Positions 1-9,510 of a stretch of 25,237 bases of DNA are shown here, piece after piece; position 1 is the stretch's first letter; every line of letters starts with the position of its first letter. This DNA comes from a virus. Taxonomy: Duplodnaviria > Caudoviricetes. The translations under genes and the position numbers were made by a program. The notes beneath the pieces were generated by a model, which worked only from the letters and a program-made list of their open reading frames with translations, did not search any database and was not told where the DNA came from. The stretch lies in the IMG/VR virus record IMGVR_UViG_3300017913_000835, positions 1 to 25,237 of that record. The stretch is one strand, 5' to 3'.

Positions 1-1
1 A

Positions 2-1102
2 ATAGCTAGAAAATTACAAGCAGGTGTAGAAGGTATCGGGGTTCAAGGTTTAGGCGGTACTGGTAATATTACTGCTGAGATTAAACAGAGAACCGCCCTT
101 CAGAAAAAAGCAGAAACTTTAACTCAAAGATCACTTACAGGTTATAACCCTTCTGATACTACAAAACTTGAGAGAGCTATAAAATCGGCTAGAGGCGCTA
201 AAAGTGCTGCAATTACAGAATGGTTTTATACACAAGCCTCTCCAAAATTTAGAGATGATGTTTTGACTACCATAGATCAAAAGCTGGCTAACTTTATAAA
301 TATAGTTTATGTTGACGATAAGGGTCCTTTAAGCAAGCCTCAAGCATATATTGTTCCTGGTGCAGCTAAAAAACTTAATTTACGTAATCCTGCAAATGGT
401 AAAAGATTCCTAGTCCCTGAATTTAGAAGTGGTTCGATACAGTTTCGATTAAATAAAACAGCAGAGCAGTTTCTTGAAAAAGAGTATATTAACGTTACCG
501 ATAAACTTTTTAGACGTATTTCAAGTAACTTTGGAAATAAGTTAATTAAATACTATCTAACTGATCCTAACAAACGTATATCAAGAGCAATGGATCAGCT
601 ACCCTTGATAAAAAAATTCGGCAAAGATAATGTTGTAAGATCTCTTGCTGAACTTATTTACTTTGCTTCAACGATAGACCCTTCTTTAGGCGGCAAACCT
701 TTTGCTTTAAGAGCAGAGTCTGGGGCTAGAGGAGCAGGACCTATTACTGCAGGCGTTGGGGCTAAAGCTTCACGTAGAAAAGCAGACACTAAACAGAGAG
801 TGTTATCAGAAGTGCAGTTGTCAGAACTAGTTAGAAAAGCTATGGAACAACGAATGCCTAAGGGAGTTCCAGGAGGTCCTCCAGACCCTACTCCAGGTAT
901 TTTAACATACAGAACAGGTAGATTCGTTGAATCTACTACGATTCTTAGTATTAATACAAGAAGAAAAATCATCAACTATACCTATGATCCAATTTACAGA
1001 GTTCACGAGAACACCTATAAACCTAACGATTTAGTTGCTTCTACGATACGAGAGATTGCCCAACAGTATTTTGGACAACGCTATGCACTTTTTAGGAAAT
1101 AA
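2..1102 (+). CDS. T5-like tail completion/neck protein (p143-like), 5'-truncated by the window edge
   Basis: The frame of ORF 263..1102 is open with no stop back to position 2 (IARKLQAGVEGIG...), so the real start probably lies upstream of the window. The C-terminal LTYRTGRFVES...YTYDPIYRVHE...P..LV..TIREIA pattern resembles T5-like tail completion proteins, and the gene directly precedes the terminator and tube genes. Confidence 0.65.
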   Translation: MARKLQAGVEGIGVQGLGGTGNITAEIKQRTALQKKAETLTQRSLTGYNPSDTTKLERAIKSARGAKSAAITEWFYTQASPKFRDDVLTTIDQKLANFINIVYVDDKGPLSKPQAYIVPGAAKKLNLRNPANGKRFLVPEFRSGSIQFRLNKTAEQFLEKEYINVTDKLFRRISSNFGNKLIKYYLTDPNKRISRAMDQLPLIKKFGKDNVVRSLAELIYFASTIDPSLGGKPFALRAESGARGAGPITAGVGAKASRRKADTKQRVLSEVQLSELVRKAMEQRMPKGVPGGPPDPTPGILTYRTGRFVESTTILSINTRRKIINYTYDPIYRVHENTYKPNDLVASTIREIAQQYFGQRYALFRK

Positions 1103-1104
1103 TC

Positions 1105-1560
1105 ATGACAACAAATAGAAGATCAGAAATAGTAGATTTATTAATCACCGAACTAAAAAATATTAACGGAGGAACATCTACTTATGATGCTACTTATACT
1201 TATAATGTAGACCTCTTTAATAATGTGTTTCGTGGCGTTAAATTTTTAGACGAAGTGAACGACTTTCCTGCGATTTATCTAGCTGCTGGAGCCGAAATTC
1301 GTGATTTTGAATCTTTAAGTTTGACGGTAGCAACATTAGACGTTACTATAAGAGCATACGTTTATGGAGAGGATAATTCTCAAAGCCTCGCGGATGATTT
1401 GTTAGAAGACATAGAACATGTCATCTACTCATTGGGAGACTATCCAGACAAGGGAATACAAGATATAATAATAGAAGGTATTACCGTTGACGAAGGATTG
1501 GTTGAGCCTTACGGTCTTGCCGAGGTAAACATACAAGTAACCTATAGGTTAGAAAACTAA
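1105..1560 (+). CDS. Tail terminator protein (T5 p142 / lambda gpU-like)
   Basis: 151 aa, acidic, with KFLDEVNDFPAIYL, IRAYV, LLEDIEHVI and TVDEGL..PYG..EV motifs typical of T5-like tail terminators. It lies immediately upstream of the tube gene. Confidence 0.8.
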   Translation: MTTNRRSEIVDLLITELKNINGGTSTYDATYTYNVDLFNNVFRGVKFLDEVNDFPAIYLAAGAEIRDFESLSLTVATLDVTIRAYVYGEDNSQSLADDLLEDIEHVIYSLGDYPDKGIQDIIIEGITVDEGLVEPYGLAEVNIQVTYRLEN

Positions 1561-1572
1561 GGAGAAAAAAAG

Positions 1573-2844
1573 ATGGCATCTCTTAATCTACAGAGAAATT
1601 CTGAAGTGTTCATGTCAACTATTGACTTGATTAATGGTGCGGCTGTAACTTCAATGACCCCAATGAATACTTGGAAACTTGAAGTTCTTGCTGGTTTTGC
1701 TGTTACATCATCATCCGCCACACAGGATATCACTTCACTCGAATCTGGTACTAATCCAGATCGTTCACAACAGCGTTTCAACACTGCTATTAACCCAGTA
1801 GATTGGAACTTCCAAGTCTACTTACGTCCTACAGATGTTAATACTGGTGCTACTTCTGGTGGTACAGGTGCAGGTACTAACGAGTCAGGTAACGTTAAAC
1901 CAACTGCTGATTGGTTCATGTGGCAGTCAATGGTTTCAAATACCAAAATCGCATCAGGTACTAACGAACAGTCTGTTTGGGCTGACGGAGGTAAGCTTGA
2001 GACAACTAATGTAGCTGCAGGAACTGGTTCACATTCAACACGTTCTAACTTCTCAACAGCTACTGAAAATCATATCTACTTTAAACTTGATAACGTTATT
2101 TATCAGGTATCAAACGCTACAGTTAACCAAGCTACAGTAGACGCAGGCATCGAAGAGATTGCTACAGTCACATGGGCCGGCTTTGGTACAACAATGAAAG
2201 AACTTACCGGTACACCTCGCGATAACGCTATTTCAGTGTTTGGTGGCGTTCTTAATGACGGCTCAACAGCTACTGCTAACTCAAACTCTGCTGCTATGTC
2301 AAAGACCATTGCATACCACCCATACGGTGAGATGAACGTAGCAGGAGCAATTGGCACCAACTCATTTATTAAGAATCGTTTGAGTGCTATTGAGTTCCAT
2401 CATCAAGCTTCTGCTGGCGCAGCTGATGAGAAGTTTACCTTCCCAGTTACAGCACTTAGCTTTGACTACAATAACAATATTACATACCTGACACCTGAAG
2501 AAATTTCAGCCCTGAACGAGCCAATCGGTCAGTTCACAGGTACTCGCGCAGTAACAGGTTCTGCTACTATGTATCTTCGTACTGGAGATCTTGAGTCAGC
2601 TGGCTTCTTGCGCAACATTTCTGAAGATTCACGTACATCTTCAGCACAGACTTCAAACGCTAACCTGATTATCGGTGGAACAACTGCTCCATATGTAGCA
2701 TTCCAGCTCGATGCAGTACAGTTTGAGTTCCCACAGATCGCTACAGACGACGTTATTTCAATGACTGTTAACTTTGTTGGTCAAGAACCAACAGCGTCAC
2801 GCGGTACTGGCGGTGAAGTTTCAATCTTTGCTAAAAAGTCATAA
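1573..2844 (+). CDS. Major tail tube protein (T5 pb6-like)
   Basis: Strong SD (aaggag, 1559-1564). N-terminal LNLQRNSEVFMST, FNTAINPVDWNFQVYLRP and NNITYLTPEE...PIGQFTGTRAVTG motifs resemble T5-like tube proteins. It sits between the terminator and the chaperones. Confidence 0.88.
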   Translation: MASLNLQRNSEVFMSTIDLINGAAVTSMTPMNTWKLEVLAGFAVTSSSATQDITSLESGTNPDRSQQRFNTAINPVDWNFQVYLRPTDVNTGATSGGTGAGTNESGNVKPTADWFMWQSMVSNTKIASGTNEQSVWADGGKLETTNVAAGTGSHSTRSNFSTATENHIYFKLDNVIYQVSNATVNQATVDAGIEEIATVTWAGFGTTMKELTGTPRDNAISVFGGVLNDGSTATANSNSAAMSKTIAYHPYGEMNVAGAIGTNSFIKNRLSAIEFHHQASAGAADEKFTFPVTALSFDYNNNITYLTPEEISALNEPIGQFTGTRAVTGSATMYLRTGDLESAGFLRNISEDSRTSSAQTSNANLIIGGTTAPYVAFQLDAVQFEFPQIATDDVISMTVNFVGQEPTASRGTGGEVSIFAKKS

Positions 2845-2851
2845 TATTTAA

Positions 2852-2972
2852 AATGTTTCTGAGGGGGAACATTATTTAACAACCAGAGAGTGTCCGTCAC
2901 TTGCGATTCAAGGTTCCCCCTCACCTACGAAGAGCAGATATGTGACGGACACTTACATTATGAGGGGAAACC
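2852..2972 (+). promoter_or_regulatory. Structured cis-regulatory RNA candidate (pseudoknot with anti-Shine-Dalgarno strand) between the tube gene and the chaperone gene
   Basis: tgagggggaac (2860-2870) is the exact reverse complement of gttccccctca (2913-2923). agtgtccgtcac (2889-2900) is the exact reverse complement of gtgacggacact (2942-2953). The two helices are interleaved. 2912-2923 also complements the RBS region tgaggggaaacc (2961-2972) at 11/12 positions. Confidence 0.7.
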
Positions 2973-3404
2973 ATGAGTAAAATTAAAAATATGATTGCGG
3001 AACAGTCGTCTATTTGGGTCGAATACCCAGATATTGAAGGCTTTGAAGTAAATCTTGCTTACCTAACACGCGAAGATCTTATGAAGATTCGTAACGCGTC
3101 ACTTACCTATAAGTTCAATAAACGCACTCGTCAGCGCGAAGAAGAAGTCGACAATGATCGGTTTCTTGAAAACTATGCTGAAAAAGCTATCATCTCTTGG
3201 AAAGGCCTTAAAGTAAAGCATATGCCTGCTTTGATGCCTGTTGACATTTCTGGAATGGACGCCAATGATGATATCGAGTATAGTAATGAAGATGCTATTG
3301 AATTGCTGAAAAACTCAACTGTATTTGATCAGTTTATTACAGATACAATGAATGATTTTGAACAGTTCTCAAAGAAAAAAGCTGAGACAGACGCAAAAAA
3401 CTAA
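2973..3404 (+). CDS. Tail assembly chaperone (lambda gpG-like)
   Basis: 143-aa acidic protein between the tube and tape measure genes, with SD gagggg. It ends in a slippery heptamer directly before its stop codon. Confidence 0.85.
   Translation: MSKIKNMIAEQSSIWVEYPDIEGFEVNLAYLTREDLMKIRNASLTYKFNKRTRQREEEVDNDRFLENYAEKAIISWKGLKVKHMPALMPVDISGMDANDDIEYSNEDAIELLKNSTVFDQFITDTMNDFEQFSKKKAETDAKN
3395..3401 (+). other. Programmed -1 ribosomal frameshift site A AAA AAC
   Basis: The gene ends gcA AAA AAC taa, an X XXY YYZ heptamer in the correct phase. The -1 frame is open from there (LRDYLQVSLHGGGISTEQYFTICEQMGVEP...) into ORF 3476..3769. Confidence 0.85.
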
Positions 3405-3769
3405 GAGACTACCTCCAGGTTTCGCTTCACGGCGGTGGAATATCTACTGAACAGTATTTTACTATATGTGAACAAATGGGGGTAGAACCAAAAGAAGAGG
3501 ACATACCAAAAGATCCTTCTACTTTTTCTCTTGAAGCACAACAAGCCTTAGTGCTTCTAAATGTATTACCCGATAACTGGGAAGGCATGAATGGGCTTTG
3601 GCTTGGTAAAGATTATAGTGGTTTGATGGACATTATGGATATTTATGATATATCTGAAAAGCGCGAAGTCTTTGATCTACTTAAAATTTGTGAAGAAGAG
3701 CTTGGAAAGTACTACTCTCAAAAGAGAAAAGAACAAGAACAACTCGCAAAAGCAAAGAGAGGAAAATAA
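3401..3769 (+). CDS. Tail assembly chaperone frameshift extension (gpT part of a gpGT-like fusion)
   Basis: The -1 frame relative to the upstream chaperone is open from the slippery site to the stop at 3767-3769. The listed ATG at 3476 has no clear SD. The YF.ICEQMG.EP and LPD.WEGM.G.WLGKD motifs resemble the T5-like second chaperone. Confidence 0.8.
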   Translation, partial: LRDYLQVSLHGGGISTEQYFTICEQMGVEPKEEDIPKDPSTFSLEAQQALVLLNVLPDNWEGMNGLWLGKDYSGLMDIMDIYDISEKREVFDLLKICEEELGKYYSQKRKEQEQLAKAKRGK

Positions 3770-6700
3770 TTGGCTAGTAAAATTCAACTGCTATTTGAAG
3801 CAAGGGGAGGCGCTAGAGCAGCTAAAGAACTTGATCAAGTTGGTAAGTCTACCGAACGAGTAGGTCGCGCTCAAACCCGTCTTGGTCAAGCTTCCGCATC
3901 TGCTGGTCGTCAATTCGCAGCGCAAGCTAACGGTCTGGGCGGTTTAGTTCAAGCTTATGCTGGAGCTGCTGCTAACGTTTTTGCTATCACTGCAGCTTTT
4001 ACAGCTTTATCAAGAGCTGCTGAATTTGAACAGGTTATTGCAGGTACTAATGCTTTAGCTTCTTCTATTGGTGCCAATGGTAGACAAATCATAGCATCTG
4101 TTAATGAAATAACTAAATCACAGCTTAATTTGCTTGAAACTGCTCAGACCGTGAATATCGGTTTAGCAGCTGGTTTTAACACTGAACAAATTAATCAACT
4201 CTCTGATGTTTCTCTAAGAGCTTCTAAGGCTCTTGGTAGATCTTTAACAGATGCATTCACTCGAGTATCTCGTGGTGCTGCAAAGCTAGAGCCCGAACTT
4301 CTTGACGAACTGGGTATTTTTACACGTATTGACCCTGCTGTTAGAGCCTATGCTGACTCTGTTGGTAGGTCTGTATCTTCTCTTACTAACTTTGAGCGTA
4401 GACAAGCTTTTGTAAATGCTGTTATTGAAGAAGGTCAACGTAAATTTAGAGACGTTGATACGAGTTCTAACTCTGCAGCAGTATCTCTTGAAAAGCTTTC
4501 CGCAACCGTCATTAACCTCGGACTTCAGTTTGGATCAGTGCTTGCTTCTTCTTTGGCTCCTCTTGCTGATTTCATCACTGATAATCTATCTAACTCTATT
4601 GCCCTATTCGGATTGCTGGCTAAACAAGTTGGCGGATTAGCCGCTACTGTTTTTGCAGCAGGCGTAAATTCTGCTGCCAACAGTCTATCTAATTTAGCTA
4701 GTACTGCTGCGACAGCGTTTAATAATATAAACCCTGCCTTTACTGAGGCTACTCGTAGAGCAGCTGCATATGCGGAGACATCAAAGCTTCTTAACTTTGG
4801 TAATCAAGCGCTAAAACAACAATCTGCTGAAGTTCTTAGATTGGTTGCTGCTCAACAGCTAAAAACTAAAGCAGATCTTGATAATGCAAGATCAACATTA
4901 ATTAACTATCGTGAAACTATTAAGCAAAATATTGAGTTAGGTAAGTATGCAGACAAAACTCTTCCAACAGCTAATGCACAAGTAACTTTACTTACACGCA
5001 ACATTAATAAGTTATCAGTAGCTATGAATGTGTCAAGCGGTGCGTCAAATCTTGCTTCGAGGGGTTTTGGGTTATTAAGTACAGGGATAAGCGCTGTTGG
5101 AGGTGTTTTAACCAGTACTATTACAAGACTTTTTACTCTTATCACTGTATTATCTTTAGCTCAATTAGCTATTGATGCTTTTTCTAAGGCCTTTGGTTTT
5201 GAAAGTGTCAACATTCTTGAATCTATTGTTAAACTTATTAAAGATTTGATTGACAGTTTTGGGGTTTTCAGCAAGTCGATTAAAGCTTTTAGCTCAGGTT
5301 TAAGAGAAGAAATGACTGCAGCTGCTGAAGCTGCAGGAGGACTTGCAGATGAGGTAGATAATAATGTCAACACAGCTTTGGAAAGTTTTACCAAGGTACT
5401 AAAACAAATAGATGATCAAAGAATTGAATATCCTTCTATAAAAGAAGCAGAAGCAAACAGGCAAACTATAGCCTTTCTCAATGAAGAAATTGAAAAACTA
5501 GCAGGCGACGGTAATAAAGCTGCGGCAGAGGCATTACGCGTTCTTGTAGATAGAATATTAGAATTGGGTAACAATAGCGTAGTAGCTGGTGTGCAATTTT
5601 CAAAACTTATTCTTCAGCTATCTAAACTTAGCGGAGTAGCCACGAAAGATGTATCAAGAATCGTTCAAGGTTTTGAGACACTTGGCGGCGCTATTGCTTT
5701 CACTACAGATGAGACTGGTTTGTTTATAGACAAGTTTCAAGTAGCAACTTTTGAAGACGGAGTTTTGAAATTTATACAAGGATTTGATCAAGTTTCTTCT
5801 ATTTTAACTCAATCTATAGATAAGGTTGCAGATTTTAGAGCACAATTTGCTGCAGGAGCACTTAATGCTGAAAGAGCTGCTCAGGCCGTGGGAGCGATCA
5901 ATAATACTATAGTTCAAGCAGAAACCGAATCTGCTAGATTGACCAACGAAATCAAAAGACTGAATGATCAAATTAAAACAGCAGAAGGAACTGAAAAAGC
6001 AAGACTCATTATTGTTCGACAAAATCTTGAGAGAGCACAAGAACTTCTTAATACTAAAATAGCAGAAGTAAGAATTGAACGTGAGTTAGCACAAGCACAA
6101 GCCTCAAAGCTAGCTAATGCCGAAGCTGAATTCAAAATTAGACAAAAAATATTTGGAAACGCTGGAGAAACTCTTTCAAGATCTGCTATTGGTGGTCTCG
6201 TATCTCCTGGAAGAGGCGTTGCACAATCAACTGACGAAGTGCAAACAAACAAGCTACTTAAATTACAAGAAGATTTGTTAACACTGAAGGAAAAAGAACG
6301 CAAGTTTAATCTAGAGAATCAATCATTGATAGCAGCTAGTGCTGTTATAAATAAACAAATAAAAGGACTTACTAAAGATCTATCAGAGTTTTCTCAAGAG
6401 CAGCTTTTGACTGATGGACAAGCTCGTAATGTAGCAGAACAAATAGCTGTAGCTAAACAGAAACAGAACGACATACAAGCAAGAATTGCAGCTAGAGACT
6501 CAGACGCTCTTGACGCACAACGAGGTATTTCACAAATTAATGACGCACTTTTATTAGAAAGACAAAAGTTTTTAGCGCAGGAGCAGAAAATTTTGAATGA
6601 GTTTGAAAAACAACTTAACGCTTCTAATGCTCAACTTGAGTCTGCAAAAAATAGTCTTAAGATAAATAGGCTTCAGAATGAGCAAAAAGTATTACAAGTT

Positions 6701-7912
6701 CTTAAACAACAAGAGTTAGCTTTGTTAAACCAAAAGAAATCTTTAGAAGAGCTATTTGGCACGTTTACCGATGCCAAAAATATTGAGTTTCTAAAAGATA
6801 AAGCGGAAATTGAACTAAGATTTGCAACGGAAGAAAATCAGAACAGAAAAGAATTAGCAAAAGCACAAAAAGAACAAACAATTGCACAAGCTAAGAGTGC
6901 TGAACTTAATAGAAGAGTACAAATAGCTTCTATTAGATCAAGGTCAAACGAGATTAAAAGTCAAGAACTAGTTTTTAATAACTTTTTAAAAAACTTAGAT
7001 GAGGTTCTTGAGCAAAGAATTAAAGAACTTAATCCTCAAGCTCAAATTAAGAGTGTAAGCGAAGATAGATTTGGCTCTGTCCTTCCTGGAGGTGGCAAGT
7101 TAGGTACAGAGCTACAAACCATAGTTGATCAGATAGAAAAAAATTCTAAAACTATCCTTGAAACTCAAGAAAAGGCTGCCCAGGATACTTTAGATACAGC
7201 TGTGAAGGTTGAGGACACTAAGCTAGATATTTTAAGAAAAGCTCAAGATGCTGAAATTAAAGCTGCAGAAATTGCTGGATCAACTAGATTTAAAGTATAC
7301 AAGTCTTTCGAAGAGGGCATAAATCAAACGCTAGCACCTGCCCTAGAAGGGGTGTTCCAATCTATTGCAGATGGTACATTTACTGTCAGAAATTTAAATG
7401 ACGAGTTGAACAACTTCTTTAGGTCACTAATAGAAAATATTCGTAAGAAACTGTTACAAGAGACCTTGATCGATCCTATCACTGAGGGAGTAACTCAGTT
7501 TGCTAAGGATTCATTCTTCTCACCAACTGGTAATGCTGGAGGTACCAGCGCGTTTTCAGGTATTGGTAACTTCTTTACAGGTTTATTTGGCGGTAAAGCT
7601 TCTGGCGGTTTAGTACATATGGCAGGTGGTGGACAAGTTCGTGACCGTGTACCAGCAATGCTTGAGCCAGGCGAATTTGTTATTCGCAGACCCATGGCTA
7701 AAGCTATCGGTGGTCCTGTTCTTAATTCGATGAATGCTACTGGTTCAATGCCTACAGGCGACGTTCAAGTTAATATCACAAACCAAGGCACACCACAAGA
7801 AGCAACAGCTTCTCAACCTAAATTTGATGGTGAGAAATTTGTTATCGATATTGTTACTAGAGACCTTAGAAATAATGGTCCTATCCGTAAGTCATTAAGA
7901 GGAGGATTATAA
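3770..7912 (+). CDS. Tape measure protein
   Basis: 1380 aa, Ala/Leu/Gln/Glu-rich and helical, directly after the chaperones. TTG start with SD agagga. The N-terminal GGLVQAYAGAAANVFAITAAF motif is T5 pb2-like. Hydrophobic segments lie near aa 250-300 and 430-480, followed by a long coiled-coil region and a C-terminal ASGG...DRVPAMLEPGEFV motif common in tape measure C-termini. Confidence 0.93.
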   Translation: MASKIQLLFEARGGARAAKELDQVGKSTERVGRAQTRLGQASASAGRQFAAQANGLGGLVQAYAGAAANVFAITAAFTALSRAAEFEQVIAGTNALASSIGANGRQIIASVNEITKSQLNLLETAQTVNIGLAAGFNTEQINQLSDVSLRASKALGRSLTDAFTRVSRGAAKLEPELLDELGIFTRIDPAVRAYADSVGRSVSSLTNFERRQAFVNAVIEEGQRKFRDVDTSSNSAAVSLEKLSATVINLGLQFGSVLASSLAPLADFITDNLSNSIALFGLLAKQVGGLAATVFAAGVNSAANSLSNLASTAATAFNNINPAFTEATRRAAAYAETSKLLNFGNQALKQQSAEVLRLVAAQQLKTKADLDNARSTLINYRETIKQNIELGKYADKTLPTANAQVTLLTRNINKLSVAMNVSSGASNLASRGFGLLSTGISAVGGVLTSTITRLFTLITVLSLAQLAIDAFSKAFGFESVNILESIVKLIKDLIDSFGVFSKSIKAFSSGLREEMTAAAEAAGGLADEVDNNVNTALESFTKVLKQIDDQRIEYPSIKEAEANRQTIAFLNEEIEKLAGDGNKAAAEALRVLVDRILELGNNSVVAGVQFSKLILQLSKLSGVATKDVSRIVQGFETLGGAIAFTTDETGLFIDKFQVATFEDGVLKFIQGFDQVSSILTQSIDKVADFRAQFAAGALNAERAAQAVGAINNTIVQAETESARLTNEIKRLNDQIKTAEGTEKARLIIVRQNLERAQELLNTKIAEVRIERELAQAQASKLANAEAEFKIRQKIFGNAGETLSRSAIGGLVSPGRGVAQSTDEVQTNKLLKLQEDLLTLKEKERKFNLENQSLIAASAVINKQIKGLTKDLSEFSQEQLLTDGQARNVAEQIAVAKQKQNDIQARIAARDSDALDAQRGISQINDALLLERQKFLAQEQKILNEFEKQLNASNAQLESAKNSLKINRLQNEQKVLQVLKQQELALLNQKKSLEELFGTFTDAKNIEFLKDKAEIELRFATEENQNRKELAKAQKEQTIAQAKSAELNRRVQIASIRSRSNEIKSQELVFNNFLKNLDEVLEQRIKELNPQAQIKSVSEDRFGSVLPGGGKLGTELQTIVDQIEKNSKTILETQEKAAQDTLDTAVKVEDTKLDILRKAQDAEIKAAEIAGSTRFKVYKSFEEGINQTLAPALEGVFQSIADGTFTVRNLNDELNNFFRSLIENIRKKLLQETLIDPITEGVTQFAKDSFFSPTGNAGGTSAFSGIGNFFTGLFGGKASGGLVHMAGGGQVRDRVPAMLEPGEFVIRRPMAKAIGGPVLNSMNATGSMPTGDVQVNITNQGTPQEATASQPKFDGEKFVIDIVTRDLRNNGPIRKSLRGGL

Positions 7913-9510
7913 TGGCTACTTACCCTAATGATGCTACGGCTCCCATCACTGCTTTTGGGTTTATCTCTGAAGTTACGTTTGCCAATACAACAACTGAAAC
8001 TTCTTTCAACCTATCAACAGCAGTAGATTTTAGAGGAGAAATCATAGCCATTTCTGATGGTGTTGTACAAGCAACTGACACATACACACTTTCCAATTCT
8101 GGAGGCACTGTAACATTTGATACAGCTCCAAACGCATCTAACTTAACTCTTAAAACAGTATCTATTCCTTCTCAGTTTAGAGTCACTCGACAAGAATTTT
8201 CTACAACAGTAGTAGAGTATAGCAATACAACTTCACAAGTAGTAGACGGCAATACCTACCTAATCAACGGTAACACTATATCATTTGCACTACCTCCGAC
8301 AGCAAACGTAACTCAACCTTCAGAGATCATGGTGTTTTTATCAGGTCTAGCGCAAAATCAAGACTCATTTGTTTTCCCCTCTGTGGTTTTGGGTAATCGT
8401 GGTATTGATATTGCAGACAATGCAGCAACAAAGCTTCTTTTAAACTTTAATGGCAACTTAGACGACGATTCTGATTTTTCTCATACTGCAACTAAGCGTG
8501 GAGCAGGATCAGCCTCTTTTGATGCAAGTGAGCGTTTAATATTTGACGGTTCGGATGATTATGTGTTCCTTGAAGGAATGTCTGACTTTGATTTGAACGG
8601 TCGTAGTTTTACTTTAGACACTTTTGTCAAGCCTGATACAGGCACGTCAATGACTGCTAACCAGACACTATATTCTAGATACCAAGATGCAAATAACTAT
8701 CATATTTTGCGCTTTGTAGGCTCTAACTCAAACGTTGGTTTCATTGTTAATAACGCTAATACAATAACCGAGATATATGGGGGCAATGCTAACGGCGGTT
8801 CTAACTATCATGTGGCAGTATCTTATGATGCAACGACGTCTAATATGAGATTATATGTAAGTAATGCCAAAGTCGCTCATACAAACTACCAAGCCCAGCC
8901 AGATACTACAGGCAATATTGCTATTGGGGCTAATACTTCAATAACAGGCAACGGTGAGTTTTTCAAAGGTCAGATTGATTTCGTTAGACTAGCCCATGCA
9001 GCTCGCTATAGAACAGAAACACACGTACCACTTTCAACATATACTTTAGGTCCTGATACAGGTGCCCCTTTAGGTTCTATAGATCCAAACGATCAGCTAT
9101 CAATACGTATTTTCGATTCTGCCATTGACGTTCAAGACCGATTTACCTCAATGGTTGACAGAAAGCCGGACAGAGGAATAGGCTCTCAAAGAGTGTTTGA
9201 CACTATCGTATTTAACTCACAGGCTGGTTATGAAAAGCGTAGGTTAAAGTCTCGTAGATCTAAGCGTTCATATGATCTTCAATATACTAACGTTACAGGT
9301 ATAGAAAAAACAGCGATTGAGAACTTTTACGTAGCTCGCAGCGGAGAGTTTGAAGCTTTCACTTTTGATTTGGATCACATCAATGAATCTGGTACAATAA
9401 CTACTAGATTTTCTGGACCTCTTCAAATTGAGCAAGTATTATCTACTGGTTCTAATCTTACTCAGAACTTTTATACAATTTCCTTTAACTTACAAGAGAC
9501 TTATGACTGA
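7912..9510 (+). CDS. Enlarged distal tail protein (gpM/DUF2460-like C-terminus) with a LamG/concanavalin-A-like domain
   Basis: First gene after the tape measure gene. The C-terminal ~120 aa (FNSQAGYEKRR...YDLQY...IENFYVARSGEFEAFTF) resemble gpM/DUF2460. Residues ~172-372 carry LamG hallmarks (KLLLNFNG, FDGSDDYV, SFTLDTFVK, YHVAVSYD, RLYV, IAIGA, FFKGQIDFVRL...ARY). Confidence 0.75.
   Translation: MATYPNDATAPITAFGFISEVTFANTTTETSFNLSTAVDFRGEIIAISDGVVQATDTYTLSNSGGTVTFDTAPNASNLTLKTVSIPSQFRVTRQEFSTTVVEYSNTTSQVVDGNTYLINGNTISFALPPTANVTQPSEIMVFLSGLAQNQDSFVFPSVVLGNRGIDIADNAATKLLLNFNGNLDDDSDFSHTATKRGAGSASFDASERLIFDGSDDYVFLEGMSDFDLNGRSFTLDTFVKPDTGTSMTANQTLYSRYQDANNYHILRFVGSNSNVGFIVNNANTITEIYGGNANGGSNYHVAVSYDATTSNMRLYVSNAKVAHTNYQAQPDTTGNIAIGANTSITGNGEFFKGQIDFVRLAHAARYRTETHVPLSTYTLGPDTGAPLGSIDPNDQLSIRIFDSAIDVQDRFTSMVDRKPDRGIGSQRVFDTIVFNSQAGYEKRRLKSRRSKRSYDLQYTNVTGIEKTAIENFYVARSGEFEAFTFDLDHINESGTITTRFSGPLQIEQVLSTGSNLTQNFYTISFNLQETYD

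Noticed and set aside
263-265. TTG at 263 as the start of the first gene
   Set aside because: The frame is open back to the window edge and there is no convincing SD, so the gene probably starts upstream of the window.
2852-2953. Rho-independent terminator, tRNA or mini-CRISPR interpretation of the intergenic inverted repeats
   Set aside because: No U-tract follows either stem, the loops are over 40 nt, there is no cloverleaf with T-loop/D-loop consensus, and there is no repeat-spacer periodicity.
3645-4640. Alternative-frame plus-strand ORFs 3645..3863 and 4416..4640 (also 22491..22784 and 24503..24688)
   Set aside because: They overlap established genes out of frame, with no clear SD or protein motif.
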